From a virus (Duplodnaviria; Caudoviricetes): a stretch of DNA of 62,438 nt. The notes below the pieces were generated by a model. The model had not been told where the DNA came from. It ran no database searches and saw only the letters and a program-made list of their open reading frames with translations. This document shows positions 26,706-37,231 of this stretch, piece by piece (position 1 is the first letter of the stretch; the number at the start of each line of letters is the position of its first letter). The DNA is taken from IMG/VR virus record IMGVR_UViG_3300023174_000004, positions 1 through 62,438 of that record; one strand, given 5' to 3'. A program made the translations under genes and the position numbers.

Positions 26706-29700
26706 AAGTCAATACCTGAGTTTGTGAGGAAGTTCGTGAGGTTGTGTTTAATGATGTTCTCACCCACAGTCAGGGTACGCAGGATTTGATCTCGTTCTTT
26801 TGGCGATATGTCCATGCGACGGAATTCATTTTTCTGCTCACGAATTTTCTTTAGGTCACCATTGATCTCTTTGTTATACAGTTCGCTGACGATCTCATAG
26901 GTGGGGTTGTTCTCCACGTATTGAGCGTAGCGTTCTGGGTAATCTTTCAACGTCTTGATCGTGTCATGAATTTTTCGCATCTGGTTGGACACCTTGGCAA
27001 ACTCACGCGCATCTACGTCGGAGTAAGAGCCAAAGAAACGATCGAACAGCACGGTGTCTGTGCGGGGGTTAAATTCCTTTTCCCCCATTGCCAACTGTAA
27101 AGTATTGACACCGTTACTGGCAAGTCTTGCCAAACCATCAGCGTAGTTGTTGGCAAAAAAGTGGACCACATTGGGCCGCACAGAGATGCCCAGGTTGTCA
27201 TACATCCACTTAGAAGTCATCTTGTACATCTCAGGCACTGAGTCTGACCCCATCAATGCTTCGCTCACATCGCTCTTGTTTTCGTTGTATATGTCCCGAC
27301 CCAGAGCGTCTGTATTCATAGCGTACTCGACCATAGGTCTAAGCACAGACGGAATGAGGGTGTCCACAAACGCCTTGATGGTGTCTTCAGATTTATCAAT
27401 GCGCGAGGGCTGAAGGGGCAGGAAAGAATCAGCACCAATCTCAGCGATATTGCCAAGCATCGACCAGAAATTACGATCGCCTTCGGGCCTACTGATAACG
27501 CCATGCGTGTATGCCGCTATCTGAGCGCCAGACGCTGCAATTGCGCCCAGACCAAAACCCCAAGGAAGCTGGAACACAAAGTCCCTGTCACCTATGCTGT
27601 AGTGGAACCGAGCATAACGAGTCCAACGTGCGGGGTCATCAGTCAGATTTTTATTGCGCCCTTGGTCATCGTCATCTCCAAACGCCGCGCCCATAGCATA
27701 AACAACCATCCCCATACCAAGCAGAGCCCCCACAGTATTGCGAGCGTGAACACGTTTTTCGTTGTGCGCTTTCTTGTAGGTTTCTATTGCTTCAGGATTT
27801 TTATATTCTTTTTTACCCGTATCTCTAAATATTTTTTCATCGTAAGCAAACAACCCAGAGTTAGGCAGTTGATCTACGGCTCGCTGCGCAGTCAGCAACG
27901 CAGGGGCAAGGGCTTCAACTGCCCTCGCTGCGCCCGTTGCGGCGGGTCTAAAGAACATAAAAGCCGCGCCCATAGCTTGACCCCACTGACCCACTTGTTC
28001 AAAGTTGGCAAGGGCTTTGGCGTAGCCTATAGCTTTGGCAGACGCCTCTTCGCTGGTCATGTTTTTATCTTCAGACATGAATTGTGCTTTGGCGATACGG
28101 AAGGCGGCTACCCGGCTTGCAAGTTCAAAAGAGTCTGACCAGATGTCAACTACTTTATCAATACCTTTTTTACCTTTAACAAAAACATTCTGCCCTTTAA
28201 CCACGGCATCGAATTCTTTTGCCAGCCCTTGAGTTGTCAAACTCTGGGCGTAGGAGACTTTGCCCCCAGCTTTAACATACTCATTGAGGTCTCTGTAGAA
28301 GGGGTCCTCTGCCGCTAATTGATCTATGGCATCAAACTTCTTAGCGGCGTACAAAGAAGCAAAGTGACCAGCCTTGTACAGACCGCCATGTCGGGTACTA
28401 CTACCGATCAACTCTTTCATGTACTTAGCGCCTACGCCCAAACCAAACTGGGCTGATATGTTGAAGGCATTGGTCAGTCCGTCGATCAAGAAGTTGGCAG
28501 GCGCAAAGGGAATGTTGTACCGAGTATGAAACTGCCCGATGATACTTGTACCCTTGTTTAAAAAGTCTACAACAGGACTAGATTCCCGGTAGGTACGACG
28601 GATAGCTTCCATTAACCGAGGATCGTTAATTCTTAACAGCGTGATAGTCCCATCTGGTTCGTAATGGAATATGACGTTCTGAGCGCGGAGTTTGGCAAGG
28701 TCTACCCCACCCATGTAACGCTCCTCAAACAGAATCCTATCTTTGGCGCTACCTTCAATAACCCCCGTGGCAATTGCATTTTTAATTGCCAGCGTCACAC
28801 CTTGACCATATTCGCTAGGCTTTAAGTCTCTTGAACCGCTTCTACCTGCTCGCGCTGCGGCGTGGGTTGCATCAAGCATTGTTTGCACAATGACGTTGTT
28901 GGAGTCCGATATACGGCCTTCCATAGTATTCTGTGCGTCTTGCAGTTCCTTACCCGCCCCAGTTCTAACGTCAAACTGAAAATCTGTTTTTTCGTTTACA
29001 GGCTTGCCCTTTAAAGGTACGTAGTGTTGGAAGTTGTAGAGCTTGACAACATTGTCAACAGGGGTTGACCAATAGTTAGCCCGCTTGTTGAGTTTAATTG
29101 TTTCTTTTTGCAAGTCTTCAACCATCGTAAACACATTAGCGTACTTAGCATTTTTTAATTTTTCTTCTGCTTGTTTCTGCGCTTCTATGCGTGACTCAGT
29201 GTCATAGTTAGCCACTACGTTGTATTGTTCACTTTGCTCATCCGCGCTTGTGTATGTACTACCCGCAGTGCCAATTTTAGAGAGGCTTGTGGGGTCAGTA
29301 GTCCAAGACAATCCATTTACACCATCTAAGTCGTTCTTGAGGAACCCTTCAAGGTCACTACGATCTTGCTTTATTTGTGCCTCAGATATGGGCGTACCTT
29401 TACGATACCGCTGGATAATCTCACCGCGTTTTTCTGCCGCTGCTTGAGTCAAAGGCGCATAGAACAGAAACTTCCAATGACGGCGCTCTACCTCATGGAC
29501 TGTGCGCCCAATAACATGGAGTTCTTTTAGAATTTCTTCTGGGTCTACACCACGATCTTTGGCAATGCTTTTAATTTCTTCGTGGATGTTTTCAATTTTT
29601 TGTTCAATATCCCGGTCGTAGTAGTCTTTGCCCCGGCCCATGGCTAAAGAAATTTGGTCGTAGAAAGCATTTACATCTTTACCTGCATAGGTAATTTTTC

Positions 29701-32700
29701 TAAGCATCTCTGCGCTGGCTTGGGTCATCTTGGAGTAATGACGATCATTGACAAAACGTTTTAAAATTTCCCTGCCACCACCAACGGTGCTAAACAACTT
29801 AGCAATAGTCTTAGCTGGACGGGGTAAATCTGACCCTGGTGCTTCAGCTACTTGTTGGTCAAAACTAGCAGTCCGTTCTGTTGGGATAGTTGGCGCTGCG
29901 ATCGACGGCAGGGGAGCCAGTGGGATTCCACCTTTAGGTACTGCAATGATGTGCTCAAACGCAGCAAACAGTTCAGGTATGAGGTTCTCTGCTTTGACCG
30001 TGCCCTTTTTACCAAAGATAACGGTGTCCAGCCCAAACAGTTTAGCTACGTTCAAAACAAATTGTGACCACAAAGACTTTGTCTTGGGGAGCGTTGATGC
30101 TTTTACTCGCTTGTCCAGTTTAGCAAGGTCATTTTGGAGCCGACGGTCCGTCAAAGCATAAGCAACAAACTCATAGATGTCTTTGTACGCATCAGGATAG
30201 ACGTCGCTAAGTTCTTCCCTAGAGACCTTCATGATGTTTTCAAGTTGCTGAACAGCTTCAATTTGTTGTTCTGTTAGCGGTTTGTCAGAAACTTCTCTAG
30301 TTTCTACACCCAGCGCCTTTGCTTGCGCGGGAGTTAGTTTCTGCCCTTTGCTGGAGTAGTATCTAAACAAGACATCAACTGTGGCGGCATGGGTTGTTTC
30401 ATGTAACAGGACTACATCCTTTAGGCCGTCAGGAGTTACCTTGATAGTGTCTGAAGCTGGGTCATAGACTGCCAGGTCACCGTTAGGTAAGCTGTCTACC
30501 AACTCAATCTTGGTGTTCAGGTTTGTCTCAAACAAACGCTGTGCCAAAGCTTTGAACAGAGGGTTTTTGCTTCCAGAACGAAGATACTGCAAGACTCCTT
30601 TGAGGTTGTTCTTTTTAATCTGCTCAACAACATTGTCAGGAATTTTGTTTTTGTTTTCTTCTTCGCGTCTGTACTTTGCAAAGTCAGCATCAAACTTAGC
30701 CTCTTGTTCATCCGTCATGGTGCTGGGCTTAGCAAACGGATTTTCACCCAGGTAGTCTGGAATGTCCTCGTCTTTTACTTTTTTAGGTGCTCGCTCTTGC
30801 GTTTGTTCAGCCTTGTCTTGCTCGCGTTTAATCTCTTCTTGAGCGCGTGTCTTGGCCTTGGACTCGCTTTCTTTGAGCCGCGCAGCAGCTAAATCCGCAT
30901 TGGTTTTGCCAGGAGGTAGCGCCCGGCCTTCCTGCCTCATGCTGTCTGCAACAGTTTTAAACGCTGCGTTGTGTTGCAAGACTGTCGTTTTACCCAACAA
31001 AACTCCAGTTGCCGCCAAAGAATCCTTGAATCCCTTACGTTGTTTCTCTGTGAGGTCTGTCCATAAAGGATACGCCACGCCGTCTTTGCGCTTTTGTTCG
31101 TTGCGGTTGCGCTCGTAGATACCCGCTTCTGGGGCAGCAAGAAGTTGTTTAGGAGTCTCTTTCTTAAGAGTCTCTTTTTCCATCTCTACAGCAGCTTCTT
31201 CAGGGAAACCTTGCTCCCGTATTAATTTTGCCGCCTCTGCCGCTTTCTTTTTAGCGGATTCAGCCTGCATGGTTTTAAGTGCTTTTACATACGCAAACGT
31301 TGCTGAGATAGCGCGTCTACGGCTAGTAGGATCATTTGGCTTGTAGTAAGAGAGATATATCTCTTTGGCATCGCTTGTTAGCCCGCCACCCGTCCAAGAA
31401 GGTAGAGGAACCCGGCGGGCTTTAAGTATTCGGTTAATACGATTAATAGGGGATTTGTCTGCATAGACATCAGTTGGGATGATGTTGTTTTCTTTGAGTA
31501 TGTTGTTTAACCGCGCAGACTCCAAAGGCATGTCGTCTGGCAATTTTCCTTGGGATACTTCCTTGAACAAACGGTCAGTGTCTTCGTTTTCAAATTTAAT
31601 TAGATCACGATCAGCGTTGTACGCTTCACCCGCAGCTTTTTTAGCAGCCTGAATATCTTCTTTTGCCAATGCCTCAGTGGTTTTAAAAGCAGTGGGGCGT
31701 ACAGGTTTTTCAGGTTCAGGAGGAGCAGGGGGAGTGGGCTTCTCGTAAGTGCCATACGGACGCCGTAGTTCTCCATCCACAATTTCTATTGGGGTGTAGG
31801 GCGCTGTTGCTTGTCCTTGCGTTTCTGCTTGCTGGGCTTTAAGGGTTTCAATGCCACTTGGGGTTCCTTGGGTAGTTACTGTAGGGGGCTTTCCCGTTTC
31901 TCCTGCAACAGAGCTTGCAGCATCCGTTCCAGTAGGAACCACTCCAGTGGGTCCAGCTTGTCCAGTTCCTGCGGCGGGTGTGTCTGTACTGGTTGCGCCA
32001 GCCAGTGGAGCGCCTTCTCCACCTGTTGTACTGATAGGTTGTCCAGCATTTTGCTCTCCTTGTACTAAAGCCTGAAGCTGGGCCTTCTTTTGTTCAATTT
32101 CAAGTGCCGTCCGTTTGTATTTTTCTTTTCTTTTTGGGTGGTCTTGCCCCTGAGCTATTTTTGTAGCCCGATCAAGATTTTCTGCTTCTAACTCAGCGAT
32201 CTCAGCTTTAAGTTTTTCTACGTCAGGCGTAAACGCAGTAACTGCCTCAGGGATGTCTTTTAATTCTTCAGTTGGTTGCCCCACTGCCTGTGGTTTAAGT
32301 TCTTGCGCTGGGGGCGGCGCTTCATTTGGAATTAAAGGAGCAGGGGGAGGAGCCTCACCAACAGGGGGAACAGGTGCGGCAGGGGGAGCCGGGGGCGCAC
32401 CGCGCCCAGCCAATACACCAGCAGCACCACCCATACCCACAGCACCAACAGCTGCCATACCAGCGGTTTCACCCAGCCCTTGTGTAAGAGACTGCTGAGC
32501 GTTGACATCGCGCATGGCAAGGTTCTGACTAAACTTGCCGCCTGTCTCTTCAACAATCTCACCGGGAGTCTCTTTAATTGCACCAGTAACGCCGCCCATG
32601 ATGACGCCAGCGCCAGTTTTCTGTCCTGCAAGTGCTCTCTCAAACGCCTGCGCTCCAGGCAGTCGTTGAGCTAATATGGATATGAGCGCACCAGACGCAC

Positions 32701-33424
32701 CAGCAGCCCGCGCTAGGTTGATCGTCTCAGCCGCAGCTTGCTCAGGTGACTTGTTCTGTTCTTTAACAAGATACTCATAGATAGAGTCGTAAGACCCAGC
32801 GCCAACATCAGCGCCTTGTTGCACAGCCCCAGCACCCACCGCTGCCCGAGTGCCAGATTTAACTGCCGCAGCTTCCACTGCTTCTTTACCCAACCCAGCA
32901 GCCGCTGCTTTAGCCGCCGCACTGCGCCCAGCCGTCACCGCTGCACCACCGGGTATGAGCATGTTGGGGAGTTGTTCAGCAAGGAACGAAACTAAGAGGG
33001 CAGGGTTGCCAATGGTCTGCGAAATCGCCGTACCCATCGCGCTAAGTTGACCTTTCTTTTCCGCTTCCTCAATGGCTCTGCTTCTTGCAGCTTCTTGGGC
33101 TTGCAAACCCTTTGACTTCATGGACTGACCGTACTCTTCTATGTCTTTGCCCAGACCCAGTGTGCCTGTGCGTTCCATGTTGCCAGTAGCCAACCCATAC
33201 AGTTGACCCGGCAATTGAGTAAGCGAACCGATGCCAGAGACTAAGCTGGCCCCTACGTCTTTTGTAGCCTCACCAAACGTACGTTCTTTTGCTTTTGCTT
33301 CTAAGGTAGGTAACTGCCGACTGAATATTAGTTCTGCTTGTTCAGGCGTAGTTCCCTCAGGTACTTCAAACCGCGCAATGCGGCCATCAGGCATTTCAAA
33401 ACGTGCGATAGGCATGTTATTCAA
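26702..33424 (-). CDS. Very large internal virion or polyvalent protein (2240 aa; zincin-like HETTH, LPD38-like C-terminus)
   Basis: LLHETTHA followed by YEFVAY; C-terminal LPWGFG, PSVLRPMVEYAMNTDALGRDIY. Confidence 0.7.
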   Translation of the reverse strand: MNNMPIARFEMPDGRIARFEVPEGTTPEQAELIFSRQLPTLEAKAKERTFGEATKDVGASLVSGIGSLTQLPGQLYGLATGNMERTGTLGLGKDIEEYGQSMKSKGLQAQEAARSRAIEEAEKKGQLSAMGTAISQTIGNPALLVSFLAEQLPNMLIPGGAAVTAGRSAAAKAAAAGLGKEAVEAAAVKSGTRAAVGAGAVQQGADVGAGSYDSIYEYLVKEQNKSPEQAAAETINLARAAGASGALISILAQRLPGAQAFERALAGQKTGAGVIMGGVTGAIKETPGEIVEETGGKFSQNLAMRDVNAQQSLTQGLGETAGMAAVGAVGMGGAAGVLAGRGAPPAPPAAPVPPVGEAPPPAPLIPNEAPPPAQELKPQAVGQPTEELKDIPEAVTAFTPDVEKLKAEIAELEAENLDRATKIAQGQDHPKRKEKYKRTALEIEQKKAQLQALVQGEQNAGQPISTTGGEGAPLAGATSTDTPAAGTGQAGPTGVVPTGTDAASSVAGETGKPPTVTTQGTPSGIETLKAQQAETQGQATAPYTPIEIVDGELRRPYGTYEKPTPPAPPEPEKPVRPTAFKTTEALAKEDIQAAKKAAGEAYNADRDLIKFENEDTDRLFKEVSQGKLPDDMPLESARLNNILKENNIIPTDVYADKSPINRINRILKARRVPLPSWTGGGLTSDAKEIYLSYYKPNDPTSRRRAISATFAYVKALKTMQAESAKKKAAEAAKLIREQGFPEEAAVEMEKETLKKETPKQLLAAPEAGIYERNRNEQKRKDGVAYPLWTDLTEKQRKGFKDSLAATGVLLGKTTVLQHNAAFKTVADSMRQEGRALPPGKTNADLAAARLKESESKAKTRAQEEIKREQDKAEQTQERAPKKVKDEDIPDYLGENPFAKPSTMTDEQEAKFDADFAKYRREEENKNKIPDNVVEQIKKNNLKGVLQYLRSGSKNPLFKALAQRLFETNLNTKIELVDSLPNGDLAVYDPASDTIKVTPDGLKDVVLLHETTHAATVDVLFRYYSSKGQKLTPAQAKALGVETREVSDKPLTEQQIEAVQQLENIMKVSREELSDVYPDAYKDIYEFVAYALTDRRLQNDLAKLDKRVKASTLPKTKSLWSQFVLNVAKLFGLDTVIFGKKGTVKAENLIPELFAAFEHIIAVPKGGIPLAPLPSIAAPTIPTERTASFDQQVAEAPGSDLPRPAKTIAKLFSTVGGGREILKRFVNDRHYSKMTQASAEMLRKITYAGKDVNAFYDQISLAMGRGKDYYDRDIEQKIENIHEEIKSIAKDRGVDPEEILKELHVIGRTVHEVERRHWKFLFYAPLTQAAAEKRGEIIQRYRKGTPISEAQIKQDRSDLEGFLKNDLDGVNGLSWTTDPTSLSKIGTAGSTYTSADEQSEQYNVVANYDTESRIEAQKQAEEKLKNAKYANVFTMVEDLQKETIKLNKRANYWSTPVDNVVKLYNFQHYVPLKGKPVNEKTDFQFDVRTGAGKELQDAQNTMEGRISDSNNVIVQTMLDATHAAARAGRSGSRDLKPSEYGQGVTLAIKNAIATGVIEGSAKDRILFEERYMGGVDLAKLRAQNVIFHYEPDGTITLLRINDPRLMEAIRRTYRESSPVVDFLNKGTSIIGQFHTRYNIPFAPANFLIDGLTNAFNISAQFGLGVGAKYMKELIGSSTRHGGLYKAGHFASLYAAKKFDAIDQLAAEDPFYRDLNEYVKAGGKVSYAQSLTTQGLAKEFDAVVKGQNVFVKGKKGIDKVVDIWSDSFELASRVAAFRIAKAQFMSEDKNMTSEEASAKAIGYAKALANFEQVGQWGQAMGAAFMFFRPAATGAARAVEALAPALLTAQRAVDQLPNSGLFAYDEKIFRDTGKKEYKNPEAIETYKKAHNEKRVHARNTVGALLGMGMVVYAMGAAFGDDDDQGRNKNLTDDPARWTRYARFHYSIGDRDFVFQLPWGFGLGAIAASGAQIAAYTHGVISRPEGDRNFWSMLGNIAEIGADSFLPLQPSRIDKSEDTIKAFVDTLIPSVLRPMVEYAMNTDALGRDIYNENKSDVSEALMGSDSVPEMYKMTSKWMYDNLGISVRPNVVHFFANNYADGLARLASNGVNTLQLAMGEKEFNPRTDTVLFDRFFGSYSDVDAREFAKVSNQMRKIHDTIKTLKDYPERYAQYVENNPTYEIVSELYNKEINGDLKKIREQKNEFRRMDISPKERDQILRTLTVGENIIKHNLTNFLTNSGIDF

Positions 33425-35198
33425 AACCTAAAAATTTACCCTTAGGGGCCGCTCCCTTTGATGCAGCAGCCACGCCGGGTGCGCTTGTAATCCCACCTTG
33501 CAAAGCCTCTGACCGCCCCGCGATCGGAGCCAAAATATTAGCCCGTTTAGATTGCAGTTCGTCTAATTGTTCTTGAAAACTGTCTGCTTTTTCAAGCTCG
33601 CCTTTATTCATTGCAACACCACGTTGAATTTCAAGCATTCTTTCTCTACTAGCTAACTCATCCAAAACTTTTTTGTTGGCCCCTACATCTGCTTTAGCAT
33701 ATTGAAATGCAAGTTGTTCTTTCCTTAGGTCGTAGGCTCTTTGGTTTTGTCTGATTCGTTCCTTTAGTGCATCCCTTTGCGCTGAATATCTTTGCGCCAT
33801 GTCTTGTTGGTGCGTTCTAAAACCAAGCACCGCTTTATTGAAGTCCATGGCTTTATTGTCGCCATGCTTCAGGTAGGCAATTGCCTGCTCAAACGTACCC
33901 AATCGGAGTTCAGCCAACTTACCTGCCATAGTGGTAAGAGCTTTTTCAGCATCTGACCGCAAAGCAAGGGCTTTGTCTCGATTACCCATAGCCAACTCTT
34001 CACGATACTTCATCTGATCAAGTTGCATTTTTTCTTGGGCCATAGAGAACTCTTCATCAGCGTCCTCATATTTCTGTTTTAGCGCACTACGCGCTTTAGA
34101 CATGTCACCAGCCCTTGCCCCGGGCGTAACAAACGCGTCGAGCATGGAGTCAATTATTTTGTCACTGCGACCTTTTTTGGTTTCTTCGTAACGCTTAGCA
34201 CGTTCTGTACGAGTCTTTTCCAACTCGTCGCCGTATTTACCAATGCCTAACTGTTTATCAAGCAATTGCATTTCTTGTGCAGACTCAAGTAAGGGACGCT
34301 CAGCTTTTGTTCGTTGCGCGTCAACAGTTTTACCGTAGGCGTCCGCGACACCTTTGGAGTCAGCAAGTAATCTCAAATAGTCCGGATCAGTCTTTGGACG
34401 CATTGCCTCAAGTTCAGGGGGCAGGGCTTGGGCAATACCAACATTACCTGCGGGACGAGGCCCAGCAGGGGGACGTTGACCGCCAGCAGAGGGGCCACCA
34501 GAAGGTGGAGGGGCAGAACCTCCAGCAGGGGGAGGAGGGGGGGCCGCAGAGGTAGGGGGTCTTCTTGCCTCCTCCGCAGCTTTTATTTTTGCCGCTTCTT
34601 CAGCTTTTATCCTTGCCGCAACTTCTGGCGCTGATTGCTCTAAAAACGCCATTCTTTCTTTGTCTTCTTTTTCTTTTTTGTTTTGCTTTATTTGTTCAAC
34701 TCTAAGTTTGTCAAGCGAAAGTTCAGTTTCGTCAGACCCTGTATCAAACTCACCGCCTCCAGCAAACGAAACAATACCACCAGGGGCAAAGCTAAACATG
34801 CGGGGGTCAACACGAGCACGCATTAAACCGCCACCTGCACTTGCCTGTACTTCTTCCGGCTGGGGTTGCATTTGTGGCTGGGGTACGCTTTCTGGGACAG
34901 GCATAGCTTGCGGAGTGGCCTGAGCCATCTGCTGGGCGGCTTGTTGTTGCTGACCGCCTTGTAATGCCATGACCCCAGCCGCTTGCATGGTTTTGTCTTT
35001 TACCGTGCCTTGAGGTGGTTGAGGAGCTTCTTTCTCCATCTCATGCTTCATCTGCTCCAGACGGCCCAGTGCCATGTAGGGCGGAATCTCTGGGTTAGAC
35101 CCATTGACCAGCGCCATCAAATACTTAATGGCTTCCGGAGTTGCTGGTAAATCGTCAAGCTTTGCTTGCGCTCTGAAGGGACTTAATCCGAGTGACAT
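33417..35198 (-). CDS. Putative internal virion (ejection) protein
   Basis: Helical, Q/P-rich, FAPGGIVSFAGGG motif; position among ejection-type genes. Confidence 0.55.
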   Translation of the reverse strand: MSLGLSPFRAQAKLDDLPATPEAIKYLMALVNGSNPEIPPYMALGRLEQMKHEMEKEAPQPPQGTVKDKTMQAAGVMALQGGQQQQAAQQMAQATPQAMPVPESVPQPQMQPQPEEVQASAGGGLMRARVDPRMFSFAPGGIVSFAGGGEFDTGSDETELSLDKLRVEQIKQNKKEKEDKERMAFLEQSAPEVAARIKAEEAAKIKAAEEARRPPTSAAPPPPPAGGSAPPPSGGPSAGGQRPPAGPRPAGNVGIAQALPPELEAMRPKTDPDYLRLLADSKGVADAYGKTVDAQRTKAERPLLESAQEMQLLDKQLGIGKYGDELEKTRTERAKRYEETKKGRSDKIIDSMLDAFVTPGARAGDMSKARSALKQKYEDADEEFSMAQEKMQLDQMKYREELAMGNRDKALALRSDAEKALTTMAGKLAELRLGTFEQAIAYLKHGDNKAMDFNKAVLGFRTHQQDMAQRYSAQRDALKERIRQNQRAYDLRKEQLAFQYAKADVGANKKVLDELASRERMLEIQRGVAMNKGELEKADSFQEQLDELQSKRANILAPIAGRSEALQGGITSAPGVAAASKGAAPKGKFLGFE

Positions 35199-35209
35199 GT
35201 GAATACCTC

Positions 35210-36034
35210 TTAAATTACACCCAGTTGTTTTAATAAAGCAGTTATATCTTTAGCACCGCCAACAACTTGTTGGGCTGTAGATTGTCCTTGCGGTATGTTT
35301 GCAACGGTAGAAATCGGTAGACCTTGCAGCATAGACTGTTGGAACTGCAACTTTTTCATTGGGTCATCGCGTTGCTGCAAGAACTCGTTGTAGTCAGCGG
35401 TCACGCCCTGCTGCTCAAGCCCTTGCTGCTGCTGACCAACGTTACTCATCAATGCCGCAAGCTGTTGGCCCTGTCCTTGTTCGGTGTTGAACTGCTGGCG
35501 GCCCATGTCAAACGCATTGGAGTACCCAGTGCCAATGGCTTTGTTCTGCTCCATTGCCATGTTGCGTTGAGTCTCAGCGTCCATGATTGCCTGACGGCCA
35601 CCACCAAACGCACCGGCCTGAGTAAGCCTGCCAGCATTGCCTACCTGAGTGATCTGAGCTTGCCTACGCATTTCGTCCAGTTGGGGGTTGAGCACATTTT
35701 GCAAGTACGGGTTCATGTACTGTGCAGCCACACCCGTTCCACCCATGGGTTGCCCAGCCGTCCCTGCGGTAGGAGCGCCTGCACTAGTAAAGCTCTGCCC
35801 CATATTAGAAGGCACTGTTAAGCCACCAATACCACTAAACAGGTTTTGTTGAATCTGCCCGGGGCCAGCAGTCAGCGGGCCTTGGTATGTTTGATAGGGT
35901 GTCTCTGACAGGGCTTGGGCTTTACCCAGCATCCCCGTTACATATGGGCCAGCATACTCAGAAAGAGTGGATGTGTTCGTCCCTCTTGATTGAGGAGAGC
36001 CTTGTGCGCCCGGTGTTGGTGTTTCGCCTGCCAT
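35210..36034 (-). CDS. Putative DNA ejection (pilot) protein
   Basis: PYQTYQG, QYMNPYLQNV, AGAFGGGRQA; G/Q-rich. Confidence 0.6.
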   Translation of the reverse strand: MAGETPTPGAQGSPQSRGTNTSTLSEYAGPYVTGMLGKAQALSETPYQTYQGPLTAGPGQIQQNLFSGIGGLTVPSNMGQSFTSAGAPTAGTAGQPMGGTGVAAQYMNPYLQNVLNPQLDEMRRQAQITQVGNAGRLTQAGAFGGGRQAIMDAETQRNMAMEQNKAIGTGYSNAFDMGRQQFNTEQGQGQQLAALMSNVGQQQQGLEQQGVTADYNEFLQQRDDPMKKLQFQQSMLQGLPISTVANIPQGQSTAQQVVGGAKDITALLKQLGVI

Positions 36035-36043
36035 GATTGCCCC

Positions 36044-37231
36044 TTATCTTGGAAGATACTTGTCTGCCTTGGTGTTGGCAGCAACGTTTTTAATGCTCTT
36101 CTTGCGAGCTTTTTGGATGCGGTCCATCATTGCATAGAGCTTACGCGCACCTGCTTCAGAAGAGCCGTTACCGATCTCAGAAACAATTCGTGCAGGAATG
36201 ACAAACTCCCCATCTGCAAGGCGAGCAGGTTGCTTTCCCCCAATAGTAGCAGGGATCGAGTCAGATACGCCATCCCCTGGGCCACGGAGCATACGCCCGC
36301 CGTCTGAGTAACCACCCAGCGCAGAGATTCCCCCGCCAGCCGCCATTTTTGGTAGGTTTTTGCCCGCCCACTGTTCATAGGCTTCGTCTCTTGGACCAAC
36401 CATGCTTCCACTGCCGGGTTCAAACCCATACTTAGATTGCCGCATGTCAGCGGTCTGCTCCGCAGGAAGTGTTTTCATAAAGTCCTGATAAGCAGGACTA
36501 CGCAAATAATTTTGAATTGAATAGTCGCCTTCTTTGTATGCAGGTTCTCGGGTTTGCGTCTGCCTAAGCAAGTCGTTAATACCCCCAGTAGGCGCACTTG
36601 ATTGTGTGGGCGCACTTGATTGTGTGGGCGTTACGGGTACTTGTTGGGCCGCAATATTTTTAGCTTCTTGAGTTTGAGCAGCTTGCGCTATGCCAGCATT
36701 ACCTGGGGCCACGTATTTTGTTGGCGTAAAGTAAGTGCGCCCACCTTGGCCAGGACGGTAATTTGTGGTGTCGCCCAGTGGCACTTGTTGGCGCTCAGCA
36801 ACTAAACTGGGGATACCGCCTTCGTATCCTTTATAGATACCCTGCTGCCCATCGTTGACAAGCCCCAGTTTCTTTGCCGCCGCGCCTAGAGCAGCATATC
36901 CAGCCAACTGCGCTGGCATTCCGTAACCGCCTGAAAGAACTTTCTTTGCCGCATCCCCCCCGGCGTTTAAGTATTTAAGCCAGTCAGGGGTGTCTTTGGC
37001 AAGACCAGTAATAGGGTCTGTGTCCGTCCTAATTTCACCTGTTTTTGGGTCAAGCGTGTACGCGTTCTGCCAATAGTCATCCATCTGCGTTGCAGTGGAA
37101 AATTTATTTTCATCCAGAGCAGTATTTAAATCTGCTGCGTCTTGGTCTAAATCTACCCACTCGTAGATATTGTCACCCTCTTCATTTACTCCAGTTATTT
37201 CATAGCGCCCAGCCATATTAATTCCTTCCAA
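36044..37231 (-). CDS. Putative virion protein
   Basis: C-terminal GPGDGVSDSIPA..ARLADGEFVIPA domain. Confidence 0.6.
   Translation of the reverse strand: MEGINMAGRYEITGVNEEGDNIYEWVDLDQDAADLNTALDENKFSTATQMDDYWQNAYTLDPKTGEIRTDTDPITGLAKDTPDWLKYLNAGGDAAKKVLSGGYGMPAQLAGYAALGAAAKKLGLVNDGQQGIYKGYEGGIPSLVAERQQVPLGDTTNYRPGQGGRTYFTPTKYVAPGNAGIAQAAQTQEAKNIAAQQVPVTPTQSSAPTQSSAPTGGINDLLRQTQTREPAYKEGDYSIQNYLRSPAYQDFMKTLPAEQTADMRQSKYGFEPGSGSMVGPRDEAYEQWAGKNLPKMAAGGGISALGGYSDGGRMLRGPGDGVSDSIPATIGGKQPARLADGEFVIPARIVSEIGNGSSEAGARKLYAMMDRIQKARKKSIKNVAANTKADKYLPR

Noticed and set aside
36590-36630. 18-bp tandem duplication (PTQSSA twice)
   Set aside because: It is an ordinary in-frame duplication in a low-complexity linker.
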